In this document: positions 45,937 to 52,450 of the stretch, piece by piece
Position numbering within the stretch: position 1 is the stretch's first letter
Layout of the letters: every line of letters starts with the position of its first letter
From: a virus
Taxonomy: Duplodnaviria; Caudoviricetes
Length of the DNA: 55,094 bases
IMG/VR virus record: IMGVR_UViG_3300044955_000042
Location: 1 to 55,094 of that record
Strand: one strand, 5' to 3'
Position numbers and translations under genes: made by a program
The notes under the pieces: generated by a model
What the model saw: only the letters and a program-made list of their open reading frames with translations
The model's database searches: none
What the model was told of the DNA's origin: nothing

Positions 45937-46196
45937 TACTTGCTCCTATGTTTTGCAGTCTTTTTAGCAATCTTCTTAGGCTGACTTGAGAACTGTTCTC
46001 CCTTTTTTGTGTCAGCCCGCTTCTTAGCAGAAGTAGCAGCATACTCTTTGGGTGAGAGGGCTTCTCTTGCTTTCTTTGGAAGGTACCGTTCTCCGGTAGC
46101 TTTTGGACCTTGTGTGGAGGGTTTACCAGACTTGGTACCCCACTTCTCTTTAGTCCATTTGTCTAAAGATTTCTGAGAAGACTTTTTAGCACTCAT
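45936..46196 (-). CDS. Small basic protein (DUF5872-like, C-terminal half)
   Basis: SL.KWT.E.W.TKSG, ERYLP..A...LS..EYA.T..KKR. Confidence 0.7.
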   Translation of the reverse strand: MSAKKSSQKSLDKWTKEKWGTKSGKPSTQGPKATGERYLPKKAREALSPKEYAATSAKKRADTKKGEQFSSQPKKIAKKTAKHRSK

Positions 46197-46384
46197 TTGT
46201 AGCCACCGCCTTTAGCCTTGTACTCTTTAGCAAGCATTTGAGCCTTCCGTGCGGACCACTGCCCAGCCTTACCACCTTTAGTACCAGCCTTAATCTTTTC
46301 AAAGAGGTTCTTACGCATAGTAGGCTTTGTGTAGTTGCCTGCTTCGTTGACCTTCGATTTGGTTTTCTTTTTAGCTACAGGCAT
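46193..46384 (-). CDS. Small basic protein (DUF5872-like, N-terminal half)
   Basis: YTKP..R, KGG..GQWSARKAQ.LA.EY...GGGY. Confidence 0.7.
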   Translation of the reverse strand: MPVAKKKTKSKVNEAGNYTKPTMRKNLFEKIKAGTKGGKAGQWSARKAQMLAKEYKAKGGGYK

Positions 46385-46387
46385 GAA

Positions 46388-46873
46388 TCACCACTTAGCC
46401 TTATCAGAGACTGCTCTACACACTGCAATAAACTCATCCTGACTGTAAGATTGTTTCATCATGTTTACCTTAGACGTAACCCACTGTACGTTACCTTTAA
46501 TGTACCCCAAGGAACTGTCTATACGATCTAGTGAGGCGTTATTGTTGAGGCCCATTGCATCAAGGCTTTCCCCCGATAGTGCACACTCAAAGTCTTGCTC
46601 TATAAGCAAGTCCGCTAAGTCCTCAAAAGAAACGCTAAACTCAATCCCACGCGTCTCAGCACCTGTCTTATACTTATGTGCAAAAGAGGCTCGAAGAACA
46701 CCTTTGTAGTAACCCTTGTGGGCATTATTTTCAGGGTCGTTATTAGTACAAGCCTTGCAGCGCTTACCTAGCACTTTTGACTCGACTGCATAGTTCTTAC
46801 GCAGGTAGGTCTGCTGAACCCCGCACTGAGGGCAATCCTTAGCAAAACGTCCATTGTCTAATTCAGTCACCAT
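46388..46873 (-). CDS. Free-standing HNH-like (homing) endonuclease with Zn ribbon
   Basis: CPQC/CKAC, Q...CALSG, SLDRIDSSLGY..GNVQWV...VN.MK. Confidence 0.8.
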   Translation of the reverse strand: MVTELDNGRFAKDCPQCGVQQTYLRKNYAVESKVLGKRCKACTNNDPENNAHKGYYKGVLRASFAHKYKTGAETRGIEFSVSFEDLADLLIEQDFECALSGESLDAMGLNNNASLDRIDSSLGYIKGNVQWVTSKVNMMKQSYSQDEFIAVCRAVSDKAKW

Positions 46874-47163
46874 TTCGTACGGTCCGACCAGTAGGCAGCA
46901 CTCATCTTACCCTTAGCAATGTTCTTTGCGTGACGTGCCTTAAAGGATGCACGTTTCTTTTTCATCTTGTCAGATTCATTAACTTTAGGTTTACCAGCTG
47001 TGCTTGCACCCTGCTCTCCAAAACGGATAGTCTTGATCTTATCACCCTCTTTAGCGACAACGACGTGAGACTTCTTTGGATGATTGGGTGTGCGCTTTGG
47101 TTTATTAAAACCACTAACACCAGCTCGTTCAAGTCTTGAATCTTTTTTCTTTTTCTCGGCCAT
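46867..47163 (-). CDS. Small basic conserved phage protein
   Basis: KPKRTP.HPKKSH.V, IRFG.QG, R.SF.ARH, SAAYW. Confidence 0.75.
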   Translation of the reverse strand: MAEKKKKDSRLERAGVSGFNKPKRTPNHPKKSHVVVAKEGDKIKTIRFGEQGASTAGKPKVNESDKMKKKRASFKARHAKNIAKGKMSAAYWSDRTKW

Positions 47164-47423
47164 TACTTCTTACCAGCTTTTTTGTTTCTTGGGAAGGAAC
47201 GGTTTGCAGACTTTGACTTAACTGCTAGGTTTGACTTCTTGTTGTCTTTTGGATTACCGTTACGGTGATCAACATCTTTGCCGTCACCCTTTTTAACCTT
47301 ACCGGCTTTCATAAGCTTTGCACGTGCAGCGTTCCTAGAGGCTCTCTTCTTCTTTTGCTCTGGGCTTGCGTGGTACTTAGCCTCTTGCTTGTAGTTACGT
47401 TTATACCCGGGGCTTGAAGGCAT
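47163..47423 (-). CDS. Small HNH-like basic protein
   Basis: KRA.RN.AR, GDGKDVDH.NGNP.DN...NL.......NR. Confidence 0.7.
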   Translation of the reverse strand: MPSSPGYKRNYKQEAKYHASPEQKKKRASRNAARAKLMKAGKVKKGDGKDVDHRNGNPKDNKKSNLAVKSKSANRSFPRNKKAGKK

Positions 47424-47802
47424 TTATAATTCCTCTCATAATTTCTGCTGGAGATGGGATCAGGAATCCGCAGAGAACTCCAAACAGTAATATCAGCCAG
47501 ACAGGTACCTCATTGATCACAATAGTGCTGGGAGCGTCTGTGCTGACCTTAGAGGTAGTAACTGACTGGTCTATGGTATCTACCCTGCCCTGAGGTCTTA
47601 CACTCACTGTAGGGGCTATATTATTTGTCGTACCCAGAGTTTGGGTATTTGTCTTCCCCGCCTGTACGTTGGCCGCTACGTTCGGACCTCCCCCGGTGAG
47701 TAGACTTAGTGGACCCTTGCTGCAGCTTGGCATACTGATCAAAACCAAAAGCAGCAGCAGCAAAAGAGAAGATCGGCCACACAAGAACTTCAACAATCTC
47801 AA
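47401..47802 (-). CDS. Putative unimolecular spanin (lipoprotein with C-terminal TM helix)
   Basis: TTG start with GAGG RBS, Leu-rich signal ending MPSC, beta-rich middle, TM segment WLILLFGVLCGFLIPSP; in the lysis cluster. Confidence 0.6.
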   Translation of the reverse strand: MRLLKFLCGRSSLLLLLLLVLISMPSCSKGPLSLLTGGGPNVAANVQAGKTNTQTLGTTNNIAPTVSVRPQGRVDTIDQSVTTSKVSTDAPSTIVINEVPVWLILLFGVLCGFLIPSPAEIMRGIINAFKPRV

Positions 47803-47875
47803 TCCCTTTTACCTCTACAATGTAGACCAACCAGAGAAGTAGGATTACTGCCAACTCCCTCTTGAAGGTCTTCAT
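47621..47875 (-). CDS. Putative holin (two TM segments, basic tail)
   Basis: Two hydrophobic helices then a charged C-terminus; next to the endolysin. Confidence 0.55.
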   Translation of the reverse strand: MKTFKRELAVILLLWLVYIVEVKGIEIVEVLVWPIFSFAAAAFGFDQYAKLQQGSTKSTHRGRSERSGQRTGGEDKYPNSGYDK

Positions 47876-48138
47876 TTTTCTCTTGCCATACTGTCTAAGA
47901 TCATACGGATAGATTTTATATTCTCATCTATACGTCCAAGCGTAATTGCCTGACTCTGCACAACCTGCTCGAGGCCACTTGTACGTGTTTCAAGTCTTAG
48001 AAGCTCTTTTTGGTTAGAATCTACGTCATTACGTAGTGTTGCCACAAACCAAATCAATGCAATTGTTTGCATAATGATAGCTAAGATAAAAGTAATTGGG
48101 ACACTCTTTGACAAGTGCCACTGCGAGTCTTGGCTCAT
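47872..48138 (-). CDS. Membrane-anchored coiled-coil lysis-cluster protein
   Basis: WHLSKSVPIT, one TM helix, RIDENIK coiled coil. Confidence 0.65.
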   Translation of the reverse strand: MSQDSQWHLSKSVPITFILAIIMQTIALIWFVATLRNDVDSNQKELLRLETRTSGLEQVVQSQAITLGRIDENIKSIRMILDSMAREK

Positions 48139-48509
48139 TTTGGATATGTTCCCCAGCTAAGTTGAAAGTGGGGGCCGTCTGGGAAACTATTCCAGTCACC
48201 ACCCCATTCGATATCTACCCCAAGCTCTTTTGCAGATTCTTTCATTGCATCAGCAATAGGGTAAAAGTGATCCCAGTCCCAAGAGATAGGCCAAGGAGCA
48301 ATATCAACAGCATGACCAGTCAGATGACGAGAGTTCATTGTGGTACTCTTACCAGACTCTACAAGCTCTTTCTGACGATCAATTGATCTCAAACCTTCAA
48401 GAACTGTGAAGTCCTGTTCAGTGATCTCAATAGCTCTTTTAACGACAGAGACAAGATCAGGGTGAACCCCATTAAGTCTGCTCTGACTCTTCACCCCCAA
48501 TTGGTACAT
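48135..48509 (-). CDS. Endolysin, M15-family L-Ala-D-Glu peptidase
   Basis: L.GVHPDL, EGLRS..RQ, SRHLTGHAVD, WGGDW..F.DGPHFQL. Start placed at ATG 48509. Confidence 0.9.
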   Translation of the reverse strand: MYQLGVKSQSRLNGVHPDLVSVVKRAIEITEQDFTVLEGLRSIDRQKELVESGKSTTMNSRHLTGHAVDIAPWPISWDWDHFYPIADAMKESAKELGVDIEWGGDWNSFPDGPHFQLSWGTYPK

Positions 48510-48750
48510 CTTCCCAATCTCTTTTTCTCTGAGGTTCAAAAACATCTGAAGAAGATAACATACCTTCAAGGTACATACATCTCTCAATTCGATCTAGTGT
48601 CTCCCAATTCCCTGTCGCTTCGTAGTAAGCCCTACGAACGTAGAAGACATCAGACCTTGGAATATGTACTCTCCGTAGTCTGTTAGGGTCGCCACTGACA
48701 AGAGCTTTGTAGAACTCCTCAATGACATTATCACTAGAGTATACTTGCAT
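48472..48750 (-). CDS. Conserved hypothetical protein, first gene of the late block
   Basis: EEFY.AL, HIP.SDVFYVR motif. Confidence 0.7.
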   Translation of the reverse strand: MQVYSSDNVIEEFYKALVSGDPNRLRRVHIPRSDVFYVRRAYYEATGNWETLDRIERCMYLEGMLSSSDVFEPQRKRDWEDVPIGGEESEQT

Positions 48751-48753
48751 AGT

Positions 48754-48782
48754 AGTTATATGGAGTTAGTCATTGAAGTCAA
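48754..48782 (-). promoter_or_regulatory. TTGACT-N16-TATAACT promoter
   Basis: Directly upstream of 48750; same class as 9874, 23757 and 34828. Confidence 0.65.
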
Positions 48783-48994
48783 GCTCTTTACCTAAAGAGG
48801 ACGACAAAAACTCTTCTCCTCCTTTTTGGTTAGAGATCTAAAGATATTTTGGGATTTTGTGTACATACTTTAAGGTATTATTACCTATAATAGATATACT
48901 AATAAGAGATAATAAGACTCTAAGTTGTAAACCTATAAGTACTACCTTTAAGTATTACCTTTAAGGTAATAACCTCTAAGTATATACTTAAAGT

Positions 48995-49024
48995 ATTATA
49001 TACCGCGAACCAAAAGGATGTCAA
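48995..49024 (-). promoter_or_regulatory. Consensus sigma70 promoter facing the late block
   Basis: TTGACA-N18-TATAAT. Confidence 0.7.
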
Positions 49025-49718
49025 GAGGGAGATGAAAATAAATTATAACTTTATTCACCTCCTCTACCCCCTCTCTCAAAAGCTAGGAAAGAGCCCTAAA
49101 TCACCTTTTGATGGTATTAACATGAAGGTAGACCGCCCGCCAGGGCTTAGAATAGTCGTAGGAGGCTCTGTAAGGGGGTCTACAGCGTCATCTTGGGCTG
49201 TTTGGCTACTACCCCCGCCCAGAGCTATTAGAGGCCTTCTCAGCGGCTTAAAATGCTTAGTTGTAAAATGGGGTAATATAGTACCTAATGTTATAATATA
49301 ACACTATTTTAGCAATCTGTTAACTTTTGCTGCTTTACAAAAGTAAAAATTCCCCCCGCTGTCAGTGTGGGTATATATATAACGTACATCCCCCCCATGG
49401 CCCACGCCCACCCCTTGTTTATAAGGCTCAAATTGATTCTCGCATAGGTAGAAAAAGAATATTATTCTCTCCTATAGGTTGAATTTGAATGTGTTTCTAC
49501 CTTGGGTTGCAAACTTTTACAGAATACACGTTGGGGGGAGTGCAACCTATAGGGCATATACAATCCCAGAAACTCTCCCATAGGTTGCACCAACCATCAC
49601 TCGCCCAAAGGTTGAACCAAAACCCCCCTTGCAACCTATAAGTGAATCCCTCCCGATTCTCGTGTGGGTTGTGTTCAATAACGCTTTGCAACCTCACGTT
49701 GTAAAACTAAAAAAGCGT

Positions 49719-49757
49719 GAACGAATGGGGAACAAACTAGGGGAACAAACCGTGAAA
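49719..49757. promoter_or_regulatory. Alphaproteobacterial LexA boxes (GAAC-N7-GAAC)
   Basis: GAAC-gaatggg-GAAC at 49719-49733; GAAC-aaaccgt-GAAA at 49743-49757. Confidence 0.55.
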
Positions 49758-49832
49758 ACGCCGTAGGGGTCGAAATTAGCCTCTCTGGTGGCCACCTTGC
49801 GTTTTGAGGTGGTTCAGGTGCTGAAAAAAGAG

Positions 49833-49869
49833 GTTCCTATCCTGTTCCTATCTTGTTCTCTTTTCGTTC
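49833..49869. promoter_or_regulatory. Tandem LexA boxes: four GTTC in 11-bp phase
   Basis: GTTC at 49833, 49844, 49855 and 49866 form three overlapping GTTC-N7-GTTC sites. Confidence 0.65.
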
Positions 49870-50025
49870 TTGTCGTTCTCTTTTAGGTTGTGTTGCTGCT
49901 ATAGGTTCAACCCTAGGTTGCTCGCGGGTAGTTATATATACGCGCGCGTTTTCTATTTCTTTTAAAAGGGGGGTAACATTCCGAATGTTGAATGTGAAAA
50001 AAGATGAAAGAAAATTATTCAATAA

Positions 50026-50055
50026 AAACAATGGGTTAGCGGTAAGTCATTGAAA
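50026..50055. promoter_or_regulatory. Two inverted IHF-like sites
   Basis: AAACAA-TGGG-TTA (+, 50026-38) and TTTCAA-TGAC-TTA (-, 50043-55) versus consensus WATCAAnnnnTTR; both flanked by A/T tracts. Confidence 0.5.
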
Positions 50056-50074
50056 TCATTGAAGAAAAAAGGTG

Positions 50075-50103
50075 TTGCACCTGGTGTTTTGCCTTGATAG
50101 AAA
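50075..50103 (+). promoter_or_regulatory. Putative early sigma70 promoter
   Basis: TTGCAC-N17-TAGAAA preceded by an A-tract; the structured leader starts about 10 nt downstream. Confidence 0.5.
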
Positions 50104-50109
50104 CGTCTC

Positions 50110-50520
50110 AAGGTTTAGCGGATCACCGCAACGGCCTAGGGGGTTTCCCCCACGCTCTTTTGACCCAGACGCGGGGTTTATACGCGGAGCAGACAAAACC
50201 CTATGTAATAGGCGTTCGGATTTTCTTATGCGTGGTATAGGCCACAGCTTGCATAGGTTCGGCACAACATCTCTTTCAAGAATTGCTCGGCTTTTCTTGT
50301 TATTGGTAACGTGGAATACGCTTTCGGTTGACCGTGGCAACGGCTCAAGACCCCACACATACTAAGCGCGGCGAGCGCCCAAATTGGCACGGGCAAAGTG
50401 TATTGACACATGGACACACTCTCTATCCATATGCTGGGCCAACCCAGATAGATTATGTCTAATGGATAGGTGTGTGTTCCGTGTGTTAGTGTAGGGTGCA
50501 TCATGGTGGTGCATCTTAAC
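50110..50520 (+). ncRNA. Long structured early leader / putative ncRNA containing a boxA-like sequence
   Basis: Series of hairpins, CGCTCTTTTGAC at 50153-64, and a ~30-bp G-U-rich stem (50400-50491) capped by two hairpins. Confidence 0.6.
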
Positions 50521-50539
50521 CTGACACATGGAGAAAACT

Positions 50540-51064
50540 ATGTCTAATCTTTCAAGCCGTATCAAAAGACTACACACTCGTTCTAAGAATGCTGGACGCG
50601 ACTACGTTCTGTTATTCGTTGAATGTGTAGAGACTATGGAAGAAAACTGGACGCCATTGGCTGAGCTGATCAGTGGTGCCAACCCAAAAGACAGTGCGAC
50701 ACTTCGCAAAATGGCTGGCCACGTTCTGGCTGGTTGGAAGCTCTCAAAAGACACAAAGCACCGCACTGGCCTACGTTTCTCAAAAGAGACAGGTGCGACC
50801 TATAATAAAAACAGACTGGCTGAGCTCAAATCTTTGGCTGAGCAAGGCAATGTTCTTCAAGGCAAAGTGATTTCTGACCTCTTGCAAGGTGACAAAAAGC
50901 CTGACGTAAAGCCTGTATCGGCTGAGGATCTTGCCAAAGCCTATCTGACAAGCGTTCACAAAAAGCTGGACGCTGGGGCTATCTCTACCGCTGACGCCCT
51001 TCAAGCCCTTCGTATGGCCGCAAAAGCTCTTGAGGCAGAATTGACAGCTGAGTGCCCACACTGA
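50540..51064 (+). CDS. First early protein, hypothetical
   Basis: GGAG RBS favours ATG 50540; followed by a terminator. Confidence 0.75.
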   Translation: MSNLSSRIKRLHTRSKNAGRDYVLLFVECVETMEENWTPLAELISGANPKDSATLRKMAGHVLAGWKLSKDTKHRTGLRFSKETGATYNKNRLAELKSLAEQGNVLQGKVISDLLQGDKKPDVKPVSAEDLAKAYLTSVHKKLDAGAISTADALQALRMAAKALEAELTAECPH

Positions 51065-51081
51065 ATGGTGAAGTTTGACTG

Positions 51082-51113
51082 AGCCTCCCTGCACCAAACA
51101 GGGGGGCTTTTCT
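51082..51113 (+). terminator. Rho-independent terminator after the first early gene
   Basis: AGCCTCCCTG/CAGGGGGGCT stem followed by TTTCT. Confidence 0.75.
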
Positions 51114-51157
51114 AACCCCACCCCCTACTATCATGACACATGGCGAAAGGACACACT

Positions 51158-51412
51158 ATGAACACTTGGGCACACGTTAAATCTGACATGGCGCGGAGTC
51201 TCTTGGAAGGCCGCGTATTTGCCGACAAAATAAATCTTAGCATAGTTATTGACACAATGCTTAACGATCAAGCTGAGGACGCTGTAAACATGGACATACC
51301 TGAACGGGTTTTCTGGTCACGTGCTGATGCTTTGGACAGAGCACATGCGGCATACATGGTTGGTGACTTTGGCCTATGCATGAACCGTATCAAAACATTC
51401 TATCTCGTATAA
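51158..51412 (+). CDS. Early hypothetical protein
   Basis: AAGGA RBS favours ATG 51158. Confidence 0.7.
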   Translation: MNTWAHVKSDMARSLLEGRVFADKINLSIVIDTMLNDQAEDAVNMDIPERVFWSRADALDRAHAAYMVGDFGLCMNRIKTFYLV

Positions 51413-51434
51413 TATGACACTGGAAGGACACAAG

Positions 51435-51680
51435 ATGTTTCACGTTATTATCTCTGCACACAATGACGCTGTGCTACACTCCACACAATACCCCGTGAGA
51501 GACACATACACAGCCGCTCTGTGGGCAACTAGACAAGGCGAGGTAGGGTATGCCCTAAATGACACAGAGGAGTTCCTACGGGACGGACACGGCTTAGGCT
51601 GGTGTGAATACACAGGTGACCCAGTATTCGTGACATGCCACGAGGTTGAAACTAATATCTTTACATCAGAAGGAAAATGA
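51435..51680 (+). CDS. Early hypothetical protein
   Basis: AAGGA RBS favours ATG 51435. Confidence 0.7.
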   Translation: MFHVIISAHNDAVLHSTQYPVRDTYTAALWATRQGEVGYALNDTEEFLRDGHGLGWCEYTGDPVFVTCHEVETNIFTSEGK

Positions 51681-51862
51681 AGATGCCTGACATTTCTATG
51701 TGCTTTAGTGACACATGCAGCCTTATGGCTAACTGTTACCGAAACCCTGCTAGTGGGACAAAACCCTGTGAGTATCGACAGTCGTATTTTAAAGGTCTTG
51801 ACACAGAGGGTGAAGACTGCAAATACTACTGGCCACTGAGAAACACACAAGAAGGAAAATGA
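51677..51862 (+). CDS. Small Cys-rich early protein, paralog of 1847..2023
   Basis: MPDISMC...TC.....CYRNPASGT.P.E.RQ..F......GEDCKYYWP. Confidence 0.85.
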   Translation: MKMPDISMCFSDTCSLMANCYRNPASGTKPCEYRQSYFKGLDTEGEDCKYYWPLRNTQEGK

Positions 51863-52266
51863 AGATGAAAAACTATGTTATCTTTGCAGTCGACAATGAC
51901 AATGACCTACACACTGTGTCTAAGTTCTTGCGGCATGTTGACACACAGCGAGCACTTGGGAACATTAAAGGGACACTCAAACCCTGTATCGGATCTTACA
52001 AGGGACAGATGGAGAACAGCTACATCATGCGCCTTGATGATTTTGACCTTGTTGTATCTGGCTCTGGCTATGTAGACAACCAAGAGTCAATACTGTTGGT
52101 AGAAGAAGGACATCGTGGCGTCCTATATGGCACACTGTTGTTCAGCTCAATATCTATGAAAGATCAACCTCTGGGCATACTTCGGGCTGTCCCACCAGAG
52201 ATGGCTATGACACATGACGGTTGGACATACCGACCAGACCTTGACACATACTATGTCGTAGTATAA
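51859..52266 (+). CDS. Early hypothetical protein
   Basis: 135 aa with G.YKG..E.SY, QESIL and WTYRPD motifs. Confidence 0.75.
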   Translation: MKMKNYVIFAVDNDNDLHTVSKFLRHVDTQRALGNIKGTLKPCIGSYKGQMENSYIMRLDDFDLVVSGSGYVDNQESILLVEEGHRGVLYGTLLFSSISMKDQPLGILRAVPPEMAMTHDGWTYRPDLDTYYVVV

Positions 52267-52291
52267 CACAAACACACTTAGGAGAACTATT

Positions 52292-52450
52292 ATGCAACCT
52301 ATCGGACTATTTCACACACCAAAAGACATGGATGAGCTACAGACATGGCTCAAAGAAACTCGTGAGCCCTTGGCAACTGTTGCCGCAATGATGATGTATA
52401 ACCTGCTTGTGACAAACTACAGCCTCGAAGAGAAGGAGATTGAATCATGA
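52292..52450 (+). CDS. Small early protein, 52 aa (not in ORF track)
   Basis: AGGAG RBS. MQPIGLFHTPKDMDELQTWLKETREPLATVAAMMMYNLLVTNYSLEEKEIES; ATGA overlap with the next gene. Confidence 0.7.
   Translation: MQPIGLFHTPKDMDELQTWLKETREPLATVAAMMMYNLLVTNYSLEEKEIES

Larger units (their letters stand above)
49475..49920. repeat. Dispersed AGGTTG/CAACCT repeats in both orientations
   Basis: Exact copies begin at 49476, 49543, 49582, 49609, 49632, 49689, 49885 and 49915. Confidence 0.75.

Noticed and set aside
48948-48964. CtrA box
   Set aside because: The TTAA half-sites are 9 nt apart, not the required 7.
50400-50491. tRNA or hammerhead ribozyme in the branched stem
   Set aside because: No TTCRA T-loop or CCA end, and no CTGATGA/GAAA core.
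49032-50504. Short ORFs called in the control region
   Set aside because: No convincing RBS, atypical composition, and they overlap repeats and RNA structures.
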